A DNA stretch of 55,436 nt from Octopus bimaculoides. Its lineage: Eukaryota. The notes under the pieces are model-generated. The model was not told the origin of the DNA. It worked only from the letters and a program-made list of their open reading frames with translations, and made no database searches. Both the position numbers and the translations under genes were made by a program. Below, in pieces: positions 11,727 through 24,679 of the stretch (position 1 is its first letter; the number at the start of each line of letters is the position of its first letter). The DNA is taken from assembly GCF_001194135.2 (NCBI RefSeq), contig NC_068982.1:538199-593634 (forward strand), written 5' to 3'.

Positions 11727-12660
11727 ACGTAGTTGATAGCTTCCGCTATCTGGGTCACCAAGTCAGTAGCGGGGAGGGGGCGCTGAAAGTGTAGCTGCTA
11801 GAATAAGAATAGCCTGGGAAAGGTTCAGAGAGCTCTTACCTCTGCTGGTGACAAAAGGTCTCTCTCAGAGTAAAAGGCAGATTGTATGACACATGTGTAT
11901 GAACAGCCATGCTACATGGCAGTGAAACATGGGCCATGACTGCTGCGGACATGCGTAAGCTCGCAAGGAATGAAGCCAGTATGCTCCGATGGATGAGTAA
12001 TGTCAGTGTGTATACTCGACAGAATGTAAGTACCTTGAAAGAAAAGTTGAACCTAAGAAGCATCAGTTGTGGTGTGCAAGAGAGACGATTGCGCTGGTAT
12101 GGACATGTGGCGAGAATGGATGAAGATAGCTGTGTGAAAAAGTGCCACACCCTAGCGGTTGAGGGAACCTGTGGAAGTGGTAGGCCCAGGAAGACCTGGG
12201 ATGAGGTGGTGAAGCACGACCTCCGAACATTAGGCCTCACAGAGGCAATGACTTGTGACTGAGACCTTTGGAAATATGCTGTGCATGAGAAGACCCGGCA
12301 AGCCAAGTGAGAACAAAATCCAAGGCCTCTGCCTGGGATGTAGCCAGCCCACTTATGCGTACCTTTCCTTCATTGGACACTAAACTCTGCTTGCGAAGAC
12401 CTGTTGAGGCAAGTGAAATAGAAATCGAACTAAATTTGTAGACTGGCACCCATGCCAACGTCTCTTCGTTGAACACTAAACTCAGCTTGCGAAGACCTGT
12501 CGGGGCAAGCGAAAGCGAAATCGTGATGGCACCTGTACCAGATCACTAAGAGCATCATCTGAGCGTGATCGTTGCCAGAGCACCAGCTGTCTGGCTTCTG
12601 TGCCGGTGGCACGTAAATAGCACCATTTGAGCGTGAAAAGACATTCGAGTGAGATTGTTG
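11727..12660 (+). mobile_element. RTE LINE 3' fragment (RT C-terminus plus 3' UTR)
   Basis: MLHGSETWAM, MLRWMSNVSV, RRLRWYGHVARM, GRPRKTWDEVV. Confidence 0.92.
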
Positions 12661-12689
12661 CCAGCGAGATCGTAGCTAATATGGGGGCT

Positions 12690-12911
12690 AAATATACTTT
12701 CCTGCTCTAGGCACAAGGCCCGAAATTTTTGGGGGAGAGGGCCAGTCGATAAGATCGATCCCAGTACACAACTAGTACTTAATTTATCAACCCTGAAAGG
12801 ATGAAAGGCAAAGTCGACATTGGAGGAATTTGAACTCAGAACATAAAGACAGACGGAATACCATTAAGCATTTCACCCGGCATGTTAACGTTTCTGCCAG
12901 CTCGCTGCCTT
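12690..12911 (-). mobile_element. SINE family A
   Basis: Reverse complement of the family A head and body. Confidence 0.85.
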
Positions 12912-12965
12912 AAGGGGCTGGGGGCTAAATACAACAACAACAAATGTTTAATATGTGTATCTTAA

Positions 12966-12971
12966 TTTATT
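12966..12971 (-). terminator. Probable polyadenylation signal AATAAA of MPC2
   Basis: tttatt on the + strand, about 125 nt past the stop codon, followed by AT-rich sequence. Confidence 0.55.
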
Positions 12972-13095
12972 GCTTTAACATGGTCATTTTATAAATCAAC
13001 AAATAATTATTCCAAAAATTTAAATAAATCTTCCTTTCCTTTAATGATAATGAGCATTTCAAATCAAAATTCCTATATTTTGCAGTATTTCCAAA

Positions 13096-13120
13096 TCATG
13101 ACTTTTGATAATAGCGATAC
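13096..13120 (-). CDS. MPC2: MPC2 terminal coding exon (M-YRYYQKS*)
   Basis: Polypyrimidine acceptor TTTCTTTTTACAG|G, phase 2 completes ATG, TGA at 13096-13098. Total CDS 348 nt = 115 aa plus stop. Confidence 0.85.
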
Positions 13121-13312
13121 CTGTAAAAAGAAACATTATTTCAGTTGCGAAGTAGAAAAGAGAATTTAAAAGCAAATAACTGAATAGAAAATTAAAACAA
13201 AATGTTAGAATGGGAGAGATTTTGAAAGACACTAACAAGGGCACCTAACACAGGCACACACACATACATGCACATGGACACACATATACATGCACACACA
13301 CACACACAAGCA

Positions 13313-13394
13313 CATGCATGCACATGTACACCCACAAGCACAACAAACATGCATGCACATGTACACCCACAAGCACAACAAACATGCATGCACA
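13313..13394. repeat. 35-bp direct repeat (2.3 copies) in CA-rich low-complexity DNA
   Basis: catgcatgcacatgtacacccacaagcacaacaaa repeated at 13313 and 13348. Confidence 0.8.
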
Positions 13395-14230
13395 CACACA
13401 CACACACACACACAGAGTTAAATATTTCACTCAGGTATTGTGATACGAACAACCTGGTGTTGGAACTCATAAAGCATTAACTGAGTAAAGAGTGTAATAT
13501 GAAGTTCGATAAATAACAAAGGAAGAACAGATTATACACACTTGATATCATATACACATTTATACACACACAAGCATACATAAGAGAAAGAAACCCATAC
13601 ATACATATAAATATGATTGTATATAGGTATACACACCTGCACACACACATAAATTGACAGACAGACATACACAGACCCAGAGACAAAGGAAACCACACAC
13701 CAACACAGAAACAAACACACACACACATATACCTATATATCCGTATACACACACACACACACACACACATAAATATCTACAGTTAAAGGGTGAGAGCCAG
13801 AGATGCTCAACATAGAGACATGTAGTTGTGCTCAAATGAGTTGAATTGAAACTTTGAAAGCTTTATTAAGGACTAGGTTCATGGGAAAGAGTGGCCTTAA
13901 GAGACATCTATGCACTCCCTCCTTAGTATTCTATATTTCTTATGCTCTATGTAAATTTATTTGTCTATGTATGTATGTATGTATGTGTGTGTGTGTGTGT
14001 GTGTATGAGGTGGTATCAAAAAGTATATGTGCACCCAGTGAGAAAAGGGGTTTAAATTATTGAAAAATTTGTTTTACATATTCAAACAAGACCCAGGAAT
14101 GTTGATATTAATAGTCAGACAAACGTTTTCATTGGCATCGAAGATGAATCAACTTTAAAAATAATGTAAAAACTTGTTATTTATAAAGTAACAAACGCTA
14201 AATATCTGTAACTGAAAATAGAGAACTTAC

Positions 14231-14342
14231 ATGAAAATCCTCTTCAACTGATACATTCCAGTGAGAGCTACAAATATATTTACAGCTAACAAACTGTAGT
14301 TTTTAGGTATTATAACCATTGAATACCGGGACCAGATGAGAC
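14231..14342 (-). CDS. MPC2: MPC2 coding exon 4 (G-LIWSRYSMVIIPKNYSLLAVNIFVALTGMYQLKRIF-M)
   Basis: Acceptor CTTTCAG|GT, donor AT|GTAAGT; 112 nt; the GxIWSRYSxVIIPKN motif of MPC2. Confidence 0.97.
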
Positions 14343-14479
14343 CTGAAAGTAAAGATATAAAATAATGGATATTGAGATTACAATTAATATTGTCTTTCAG
14401 AATTATCACAGTCAGAAAAAGATGGGGATTGTCAACTACAAAACTTCTCTCATAGGATTATGCTTTAATAGTTAATATT

Positions 14480-14680
14480 GATCTTAAATTTTGGCACAAG
14501 GAGGGATGGGGGTGATTATATTGACCCCAATAATCAGTTGGTACTTGATTTATCAACCCCAAAAGGATGATAAACAAAGTCGACCTTCAGTACAACTTGA
14601 ACTCAGAATGTAAAGATGGACAAAATACTGCTAAGCATTTTGCCCAGCATGCTAATGACTCTGCCAGCTCACCGCTCTTT
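14480..14680 (-). mobile_element. SINE family A
   Basis: gtcgaccttcagtacaacttgaactcagaa...ctgccagctcaccg matches the family A reverse complement. Confidence 0.8.
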
Positions 14681-14930
14681 AATATAATATAATATTGATT
14701 ACACTTATATAGAGGTTTATAGTTACTTGAATTCATCTTCAAACATTAATGCCAGTGGGTCAAGCAATCTTAGTAGGATAGAAAGCAAAGTGGCAACCAG
14801 ATGGATTTGAACTTAGAACATAAAGAAAGACAACTAAATACGACATTTAGTCTAGCATTCTACCATTTCATCCACACAGCCACCTGCTATCTTTAAACTC
14901 ATTTCAAGTATTTTAAAGCCAGATACAAGT

Positions 14931-15481
14931 TCGAGGTCTGATCAAAAAGTATCGAGACTGTTGCTATGGTAACAGAACTAAAGTACACAGAGTGAAGCTA
15001 CTTGGCACAGGTTGACCTTGAACTCTGTAGCACACACATACTAAATTATAATGGTCTCCCTCTCTCTCTCTCTCTCCTGTTGTTTATAGTAGTGCTGGGA
15101 AATAAAGTGTTGTAGAGTGAGGTCATCTCAAAACAAAGATTGAGTTTCGGCTGTGCACGATCTCCTTGGTTGTGTCGAGGAACACAAAAACGTTTTTGAA
15201 ATGGTCATGGCAGGTGACAAATTGTGGGTCCATGGCTACGACACTGAAACCAAGGTTTGAGAGGAACACGATTTCAAGATGTCGATGAAATCCAAGAGAA
15301 TGCGACAAGGTGACTACTTGCTTCCCCACAAAAAGGAGTTCCTGGAATGCTTCCAACAACGTTGAATCAAGTGTGTAACTTCAGAAGGGGACAAATTCAA
15401 AGGAGAGTCAATGCCAAATCGATGTGTGTTGTAGTTTTCTTTTCACAGCAGCAGCCGTGATACCTTCTGATCAGTTTTGTA
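14931..15481 (+). mobile_element. Internally deleted mariner derivative
   Basis: TIR cgaggtctgatcaaaaagtatcgagac with degenerate inverse gataccttctgatcag; internal VMAGDKLWVHGYDTETK resembles the mariner TGDESWVYGYDPETK motif. Confidence 0.75.
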
Positions 15482-16149
15482 TACTAAGTTGAAGTCATCA
15501 TAATAATCATTTTTGTTTTAATGTCCATTGAACATACAACCAGGCAATGAATGGCGCTCTGCAGTACAGAATGACAACACTCTTGTATATTCCGTGTCAT
15601 TTCCATTGTGAGCTCCAACATCCTTTAATCTAGCAACGGTAATTCTTCTATCTAACCTCTTGATACATGGTAATTTGCATTCATTGTGTCCATAACAATA
15701 GAGTTACTTTCCTTAATTTCCATCTGCCTCCCCATCTTATTTCAACTTTACCTTTTTGCAAGTTGAATATTTCATAAATAACTCTCAACTCTTTCTTGTC
15801 CATCCTCAGCAGATCTCCATTCCAGTCCTGTCTCCTCCATTGATTCAACATCAACCATTTTACTCCCGCCATTCCTTCTTTCTTATTATTGTTACGTTAC
15901 AACTGCTTCCAGCATGAAATTCTCTTAAATAGGAGCACCTTTCTAGCAACGGAAAGAACAATTGAACTGAGTTTGGTATGTAACTGATATTTATGCTATT
16001 CGTTTTACCACTCCCCCATCCACAAACCCCAACAAATGAGAAGCAGATTCCATTTTAGCCATATTTGGTTCCCAATGAAACTAAATGCTTTCATGTGCCT
16101 GGGTTGGGTTTTCCCACTGCTGTAACAACGTATTTCAATTTGGCTTTCA

Positions 16150-16625
16150 ATAAGGTGCAAAGCTGGCAGAACCATTAGCAGAACCATTAGCAGAATTGTT
16201 AGCATGCTGGGCATAATAATGCTTAGTGGCATTTTGTTTGTCTCCAGGTTCTGAGTTCAAATTCTGCTGAGGTCGACTTTGCCTTTCGTCCTTTCGAGGT
16301 CAATAAAATAAGTACCAGTTGAGTACTGGGGGTGATGTAATCGACTTGCTTCATCCCTTGAAATTGCTGGTTTAGTGCCAGAATTTGAAAGCAGTATTTT
16401 GAATTTCTGAGGCAGTGAGCTGGTAGAATTGCTGGCACTCCAGGCAAAGGGCTTAGCAGCATTTCATGCATCTTCACTTTCTGAGTTCAAATCCCACTGG
16501 GGGTTGGCTTTGCTTTTCATCCTTCTGGGGTTGATGAAATAAGTACCAGTGGTGTACTGTGGGTTGACTTAACCAACTAGATCTTAACCCCTGCCACCCA
16601 TAATTTCAGGCCTTATGCCTATGGC
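16150..16625 (+). mobile_element. Two tandem SINE family A copies (about 16150-16395 and 16408-16625)
   Basis: Two successive heads with B-box tctgagttcaaat and aataagtaccagt bodies. Confidence 0.8.
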
Positions 16626-16765
16626 AGAAAGGAATATTTCTGCCATATTAAAGAGAAAGGTGACAAAGAAATGTAGGTATTTTAATATAATAAATAAATT
16701 CAGTAGAAAAGGTTAAAACATTAAAGGAAAATGGAAATATCATTGGAAAATAGAAAGATAGTTAC

Positions 16766-16850
16766 CTGTTGCCGTTAAAGCTGTAGATTGTGTCACACTA
16801 AGTTTTTCAGCAGGTCGAGATAAATCCCCTAAACCAGCAATTACAAGTGA
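16766..16850 (-). CDS. MPC2: MPC2 coding exon 3 (SLVIAGLGDLSRPAEKLSVTQSTALTAT-G)
   Basis: Acceptor TTTCCAG|TC, donor CAG|GTAAC; 85 nt; the RPAEKLS motif of MPC2. Confidence 0.97.
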
Positions 16851-17184
16851 CTGGAAACAAAAATGAAAGAAGAAACGTTTATGTCTCCAGTAATATTGAA
16901 GAGAAAACAAAAGAGAGATATTAATTAACTGTATTTTAATTGTAGTATTCTTCAAACAGTCCTGATTAATATCATATTTGTATGGAACAACTTGATATTT
17001 AATATTAATATTTTATCATGAGATTATCTTGTGCTCTAATCCAGCCTCCTTTCATTTTCAACTGGAGTATTAATGTACAGGACACTTACTTTTCTCCCTC
17101 TATACCCCTAACCCTCACATCAACAGGCACCAAGCCACTACCCCACTTCCAGCTGAAGGGGTTTTGCAAGCTACTTGGTGACCC

Positions 17185-17420
17185 TGTTAGTGCTGGTGCC
17201 AAGTAAAAAAAGAAAAAGAAAAAGCATCAGTGCTGGTGCCATGGAAAAAGCAACCTAGTACCCCTCTGTGAAGTGGTTGGCATTAAGAAGGGCATCCAAT
17301 GGTAGAAACCATGCCAAAACAGAGGGAGGAGCCTGGTATGGTGCCCGGCTTTATCAGTTCCTGTGAAATTGTTCAACCCATACCAGCATGGAAAACAGAC
17401 CTTAAATAACAATGATGATT
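17185..17420 (+). mobile_element. Diverged RTE 3' tail
   Basis: gtggttggcattaagaagggcatcc...cagcatggaaaacagaccttaaataacaatgatgat. Confidence 0.75.
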
Positions 17421-18732
17421 ACAATTATCCGTAAACTTGTTGTTGATCTAAACTGGACATAAACGTCCAATAATTTTAGATTAGCAATTCTTCAAGGTGA
17501 AAATGAATATTAAATCTAACAAGGTTCAGTGTTGTATTGAATAATGTTGAATGTTATTACAAGGAATAATAAATTATAGAATATAATAATCTACTAAAAT
17601 TAAGGTATTTTCCACATATTTTTTTGCAGAACCAGGATTCATAACGGTATCAGTAAAATGTCAGATGAATGCTTTGCAATGTTGAGTTCTGTCATTTTAT
17701 GTTAGGAATTCAAATCTTAATGATGTGAAATTTTCCTTTTATTATTTAAATACTGGGGTAGATATAATTGACTACACTCTCTCTCTCTCTCAAAATGCAT
17801 GGTTTTTTTTGTCTATGTTAGAAAACATTATAGTCTATGATGAAAGACTAGAAACTTGTCTCCACAAAGCCTGGCAGATGCACAATGTGAGAGTGCACCT
17901 TTGATGCAGATTTGAAGAAGTGCCACAGCAAATATTACATAAATTTTCACTTGGAACTTTTGATGTGAATTGGCATTGAAAACAGAGTTGGTACAGAAAC
18001 AATTGTAACTGACCATTAAAGATGGGCCAAGGTTTTTCTTTGTCTTATTTGCATTACATTTTACGCTTCGCTTAACCTACATATTAGCTTCACTGTTGTG
18101 AAATCAGGATTTTCTACATCTGAAGGATTTTGTTATTAGTCTGGAATTCAATAGTGCAGATAGCCTAAAGCTTGGGCTGAATGCTGCATTGGAAATACTC
18201 TACCCTACCAGGACCATATACATACATCCCCCCCCCCCTCTCTATATATATATTTATAAAGAAGAAGAGCTGAATTCAGCCCAATTTTTCAAATTTACAG
18301 TGCTGCCATTGCTAAGAGGAGCTGGAATGGATAAGACAATACACAATGTTTATAAAAAGTGAGTAGAGATGTGTAAGAAGGGTAAAAAAGATATTTCCTT
18401 TAAAATAAGCAGAGACGAAATACTGAGCCAGTCCAGCCACCCTGCCAGGCAGCAGGCTGATGTTTAATCAGCAGCCTGTTGCTGCTCTCATGAGATCTCT
18501 TTCAGTTTCTCATGGCATTTCAGCTCAGGTTAGTGCTGGCTGTTAACATATATTAAAACATTACGAATATCAGGTAATTAGCATACAATAAAAATAGAAT
18601 TATGCATTGACATTGTTTGAGAACAAAAGTGTCAAGCTAACGTGAAATTGAATAATTAATTAGAAACCAACGAGGAGCTCCTTCATCTTTGTTAACGATT
18701 GCTCTCATTACTATGCAGTCTTTTATCTTTTG

Positions 18733-19098
18733 CTTGTTTCAGTCATGAGGCTGTGGCCATTCTGGGGCAGCACTGCCTTGAGGAATGTTTTAGTCGAATT
18801 GACGCCAGCACTTATTTGTATTTAAAGCCTGGTACTTATTCTATCAGTCTCTTTTGCTGAACCACTTAGTTATGGGCACATAAACACACTAACACTGGTT
18901 GTCAATCGGGACACACACACACATACATACATATATGATGGGCTTCTTTCAATTTCCGTCTACCATATCCACTCACAAAGTTTTGGTCAGCCCAAAGTTA
19001 TAGCAGAAGACACTTGCCCAAAGTGCCACACCATTGGACTGAACCCAGAATCATTTTGTTGGGAAGCAAACTTATCTCCATAGAGACACATCTGTGCC
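18733..19098 (-). mobile_element. SINE family B
   Basis: Full reverse-complement match from tail (gtttcagtcat) to head (gggaagcaaactt). Confidence 0.85.
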
Positions 19099-19229
19099 TG
19101 AAAATTATTTCTAAAAATCTTAGAAACCTTATTATTTTAATGTTACTAAGATGTCATTTTTATTTGTAAAGCACTATTTAGAATAAGTCAACATATATAA
19201 ATATTTACACACACACACACACACACATA

Positions 19230-19591
19230 TTGATAATAAGGAGAATGGAGAAATTGAACATTCAAACTTTACATTTATTTACAGTTGGTTTATTCTTAAT
19301 AATTGTCCAACATGTGTTTCAATCATGTTGATTGCATATTTATATGCAGCGATTTATGCATTACTACCAAGCGTAATTCAAACTAATAACAGAGGAAAAT
19401 TCATCTTCGAACAATGTCATATTTATACACCCTGATGAGATCATACTAATAATGCATAAATCGCTGCATATAAATATGCAACAATATGCAATTAATGCGA
19501 TCGATACATGTGTTGGACAATAATTATGAATAAACTAATTGTAAATAAACAAAGTTTCAATGTTCAAATTCTTCACTCTCCTTATTATCAA
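19230..19591. mobile_element. Fold-back miniature element with about 135-bp arms, Penelope-like, with a hammerhead remnant
   Basis: Arms 19230-19363 and 19450-19591 are reverse complements; CTGATGA at 19432 and GATAC at 19503 (GAAAC in the other arm). Confidence 0.8.
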
Positions 19592-19750
19592 CATTGCACT
19601 TTATACTTTAAGTAGTCAGAAAAAAAACTGTAACATCAGATAGGAGTTAAAGGAAATTTGCCATAAAATGCACCATCTGAAGAAACCAGTCTTGGCATTT
19701 TACATAGAGAGAGTTGGTATCTGCCTGGATATTATATCCCTCTTCTTACT

Positions 19751-19927
19751 ATCATCATCATCATCATCATCGTTTAACGTCCGCTTTCCATGCTAGCATG
19801 GGTTGGACGATTTGACTGAGGACTGGTGAAACCGGATGGCAACACCAGGCTCCAATCTAATTTGGCAGAGTTTCTACAGCTGGATGCCCTTCCTAACGCC
19901 AACCACTCAGAGAGTGTAGTGGGTGCT
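19751..19927 (-). mobile_element. Young RTE 3' tail
   Basis: (CAT)n then cgtttaacgtccgctttcc...; 148 bp identical to 25391-25538. Confidence 0.9.
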
Positions 19928-19940
19928 ATATATATATATA

Positions 19941-21760
19941 GGGGGAAAGTAAAAAGAAAAAGAAAATGCACATTAGATATAAAAAATAAAGGCTTTTTTA
20001 AGAAAAGCAAAGATATATACATACAATTAGATGATTTGAGGNNNNNNNNNNNNNNNNNNNNNNNNNNNNNNNNNNNNNNNNNNNNNNNNNNNNNNNNNNN
20101 NNNNNNNNNNNNNNNNNNNNNNNNNNNNNNNNNNNNNNNNNNNNNNNNNNNNNNNNNNNNNNNNNNNNNNNNNNNNNNNNNNNNNNNNNNNNNNNNNNNN
20201 NNNNNNNNNNNNNNNNNNNNNNNNNNNNNNNNNNNNNNNNNNNNNNNNNNNNNNNNNNNNNNNNNNNNNNNNNNNNNNNNNNNNNNNNNNNNNNNNNNNN
20301 NNNNNNNNNNNNNNNNNNNNNNNNNNNNNNNNNNNNNNNNNNNNNNNNNNNNNNNNNNNNNNNNNNNNNNNNNNNNNNNNNNNNNNNNNNNNNNNNNNNN
20401 NNNNNNNNNNNNNNNNNNNNNNNNNNNNNNNNNNNNNNNNNNNNNNNNNNNNNNNNNNNNNNNNNNNNNNNNNNNNNNNNNNNNNNNNNNNNNNNNNNNN
20501 NNNNNNNNNNNNNNNNNNNNNNNNNNNNNNNNNNNNNNNNNNNNNNNNNNNNNNNNNNNNNNNNNNNNNNNNNNNNNNNNNNNNNNNNNNNNNNNNNNNN
20601 NNNNNNNNNNNNNNNNTTTCCCCTCGTAACTTTTATGAAAATGGGTTTTTTTCAATGAAATTCTATAGAAATACCTTTCAAACGGCAACTATTACGATTT
20701 TAAAGTGATTTGTGTGGAAAATTTTTTCCAAGGGGGTGGAGAGAGGACTTCAGAAAATTCACAAGATCCAAGCTTTTCCCTCGTAACTTTTAGGAAAATT
20801 GTTTGTTTTTTCAATGAAATTTTATATAAATACCTTCAAACGGCATATATTACGATTATAAAGTAATTTGTGGGGAAAATCTTGAGGTGGGGAGAGGACT
20901 TTCGGAAAATTCCCAAGATCCGAATTTTTCCTCCCTATATTCCGAAATCATATTCAACTTTCTACAGATATCCTAGCGTAGTATTACTACTACTCTACGT
21001 AGTGTTTATTTCTACCCTCTTTCAATAATTTTTAATGTTTTGCCTTCAATTTTGTTTCATTTTCATTTTTACGCTTTTTTAACCCTTCGTCATTATTCTC
21101 ATTCACTCGTTATTACTTTTTCTCTGTCTGTCTGTCTGTCTGTCTAGAGAAAGAAGTCAAAATACGCTACAGGGATATCCAGAGGTAATGCAGTACGATC
21201 GTTTCATGCAGCTCCATTTAACTGAACAATGCAACCATTACATCATGCTGTCTTCACTCCAGCATAGAAGTTACTAAATTATCAAGAAGATATACATTGT
21301 TACAGACTGCCTGTCACTGATTTTTTTTGTTTTTATGGGATCAGTTTTAATTTATAGACTAGTTTAAAAGTCCATTTTCCTAAAAGTTACGAGGGAAAAG
21401 CTTGGATCTTGTGAATTTTTTGAAGTCCTCTCTCCACACCCTTGGAAAAGATTTTCCACGCAAATTTCTTTATAATCGTAATGTTTGCCGTTTGAAAGGT
21501 ATTTCTATAAAATTTCATAAAAAAAAAAAAACCCATTTTCCTAAAAATTACAAGGGAAAAACTCGGATCTTGTGAATTATCCGAAGTCCTCTCCCCACCC
21601 TCTCGTTGCTTTGCGCGCATCTTTTTTTTCAAATTCGTTTCCTACACATTGTTTTACACCCATTCCAGTATATTTTTTTGATTTTCATTTCCGGGTCAAG
21701 ATGTAACCTTTTTTTTTATATCTAATGTGCATTTTCTTTGTTTTCTTTTTACTTTTCCCC
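19941..21760. mobile_element. Non-autonomous TIR element with about 158-bp subterminal repeats, superfamily unassigned (includes an N gap)
   Basis: About 55-bp TIRs starting GGGG, flanked by TA; direct units at 20617 and 20774 and their inverted copies at 21373 and 21533. Confidence 0.75.
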
Positions 21761-22539
21761 TATCTATATAATGTGTAGTCTTTTTTCTTTGAAACCTATT
21801 TTTATTATATATATGTATATACACACACACACACACATTAAATGCTAGCATAAAAGCCATCCAATAGGGCAGCTTTTAAGCTAGCTCCTGTGGAAGGCTC
21901 TTCATTAAGCCTTGGACCCGGTAAGAGTAAGCGATGTGAAAGACAGTGGTGATGGTGGTGATGTCAGAAGTCTGAATGGTGTGTGTATGGCAGATATAGT
22001 GGCGATGGTGGTGGTACTAAGAAAATGAATTCAGTGTTTAGTCCCTCTTTCTCCTCTCTTATTATTACTCCCACTGCCACTATCAATACTACTACTTTTA
22101 ATAAAACATTATCAACAGTAGAAGTGTCACTGAATAGTGAGAGAAACGGGGTCAAAGTGTGACACACTGACACACAGAAATTAGTTTTGACAGGGCAGTA
22201 TGGGTGTAGGGACAGCACCTAGCATATGGGGAAGATGAGATGTGGGGAATGCTGGCACCAAGCATGTAGGGAAATGAGATGTGGAGAAAGCTGAATAGGG
22301 TAGTATGATAGCACCCGACAAGTACAAGCATTGAAAAAATGTTTTTAGAATCCCATATTTGAACAGAAAACTGTCAATGGTCTTGATCCTTTGTTATCTT
22401 GTCTGTGAGGCTCAGCATCTTGAGTTTGATATCAGGACATAACCCCACAGGACAAATTTTAAAACAAAAAAATCAACTAATAAATATTTAAAACTTTTTT
22501 TAAAAATTTCACTTTCCTATAACATTTCTATTGTAAAGA

Positions 22540-22854
22540 AAGAACAATATCCCATGGGATTTTGTGCTAGTACCCTTGAGATCAGCTTTCACTACTTCAT
22601 CTCATGTCTTTCTGAGTTCCCCTTTTGCTTCCACTTGATGGAACCAGCACTTCTTTATGCAACTGTTCTCATCCAGACACATCACATGACCAAACCAGCA
22701 GAGTCCTGTTTTTTTCTCCTGCACATTACATCTGATTTCTCTGATGCATAATTTCTCTCTCAGTACATCAGCATTTTGTCATACACGCACACACTGACAT
22801 TGCACATCCATTCCCTTCCACTCTAAGCATCATACTTTCTGTTTTTCAGTTGGG

Positions 22855-22885
<31 letters not shown>

Positions 22886-23280
22886 TTTGTTGCAATCAGA
22901 GGTAACAGCTCTCTGAACCTTCTTCATCCAATCCTTATTCTAGCAGCTATACTGTTGGAACATCCTCCACCACTGCTAATTAGATCATCCAGGTAACAAA
23001 AACTAACACCCCCAGGGCGTTTGCAAAGATTGATTTCTCATGTACCCTCACTGTTCTTTGCTCCTGCCCATCTTCCACAGAGAAACACTACTTTTCTTTC
23101 TTTGACTTTCTGTTATTCTGATGCACTGCTTGTGTATCTCTCTGGCAGCACCAGGAACATCGCAACAAGTTTCCTTTCACATCTTTCTTACATACTGAGC
23201 AAGGCCATTTACCTGAAGTGGGTGGAGGCCTGTCTGTTTTCTTGCTTATGAGGACTTGTTACTAATTCCATTATGAGAGT
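22540..23280 (-). mobile_element. Decayed RTE LINE C-terminal fragment
   Basis: Minus strand encodes WFGHVMCLDENSCIKKC and LDDLISSGGGCSNSIAARIRIG, homologous to 11727-12260. Confidence 0.75.
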
Positions 23281-23283
23281 AAT

Positions 23284-23480
23284 TGTCATCATCATCATCA
23301 CTGAATGTCCATCTTCCATGCTGTCATGTTGGATGGTATGATAGGGGCTGGCAAGGCCGGAGAGCTGCAACAAGTTCCACAGTTTGCTTTGGTATGGTGT
23401 TCACCATTGGATGCCCTTCTGAACGCCAACCACTTCAGAGAGTGTACTGGTCCTTTTTACATGGCACTGACAGGATCACC
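23284..23480 (-). mobile_element. Diverged RTE 3' tail
   Basis: (CAT)n-ctgaatgtccatcttccatg...ggatgcccttctgaacgccaaccac. Confidence 0.8.
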
Positions 23481-24157
23481 ACACACCATTCAGCTGAGAG
23501 TGGGAGTAGTATTGGGGTGGGGGCTAATTTTGGGCCAGTTGAGAGATTAAAAGTATATTGGGACAGAGAGAGGTGTCTTGGTGCAGAGTAGATACATGGA
23601 TACTCGAGTTGGAAAGTAAGGTAAGGAGAGTGATAGTGAGAGAGATGTGTGTGAGGACAGGGTCCTTGAAGGCCATTGGGGGTGGAGGGAATGAATGAGG
23701 TGGTACAGAAGTTTGGACTGGGTGAGTGAGCAGGACTGAGGTGACTGAAACAAAGAGAAGGTTCTGGGGTGGGGGTTGTGGTAGATGTGTGAGGGGAGAG
23801 AAGGTGCAGAAAGGAGGCGATTGGAGGTGGGGCACAAACACAAGCCTTTGGCTGGTCCCTTCATTTATATGAAGCTGAGACACCACTCTGCCATTACTTC
23901 AAGTTTCCATTACAGTCACCATTTCTTCTTCATGAGGAACAATGACAGTGAAGGCAAATTTGGAGTAGCAATAGAATGAAATCTCACCTCTGAATAAAAG
24001 AATAAATGAATTCGCCATCCTATTTTCCCTCATTGAGAAAGGGTGCCACAGCTACCTGTCTTTTCGTTAAACTTTTAAGAATTCACATCAGTTCTTGTAG
24101 AACATTTTTATCAATGACGTTCTGCTTTGGCAGTAGAAAATAAATTCAATACATTAC

Positions 24158-24198
24158 CCATTTAAAAGCTGGTGCCCAAAAGAAAATAGTCTTAGGAC
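24158..24198 (-). CDS. MPC2: MPC2 coding exon 2 (G-PKTIFFWAPAFKW)
   Basis: Acceptor TTGTAG|GT, donor TGG|GTAATG; 41 nt; matches the GPxTxFFWAPxxKW motif; frame joins exons 1 and 3. Confidence 0.96.
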
Positions 24199-24679
24199 CT
24201 ACAATTAATAGAAAAAGAAATCAATTATAAAGTCATGAAATGATCATATTTCTTGATTAGTAAGATACATCCTTTTCTTGAAAAATTCCTTCAAATTGCT
24301 TTGCGTCTTTTCAATAAAAGGGCAGGTTGCAGAATGGGTCCAGAGCGACCCCAGCAGTCAAACTCTACTTTGCCTGCTGGGTTCAGTCCCCACCAAATCC
24401 ACATTTAATAAAATGTAACTCAATACTCTGATTACCATTTGTATTAAAGGTAAGACGTTTACAAGCGAGTACTGGGACCAATAACAGATTGTCCTTTTTT
24501 TTTAATGTTTTGATTTATAGGTAATCGGTGATATTGGTGCCTCCCATGTTATTTGTAGACAGGCATCACCAGTAACACTGTCAGCTTAACTATTCAGCTA
24601 CCCCTGCCCCATGACACTACACAGTGGTAACTAATCAGAAAAGACATAATTAGTTACAAACCACATGCTACACACTAGG

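Noticed and set aside
13192-13835. His/Thr- and Cys/Val-rich ORFs (also 40.8, 43.5, 43.9, 44.7 and 45.8 kb)
   Set aside because: They are translations of (CA)n/(TG)n low-complexity DNA.
18469-18502. 11-bp hairpin gcagcaggctg/cagcctgttgc in MPC2 intron 2
   Set aside because: Too short for a miRNA precursor and expected by chance in CAG-rich sequence.
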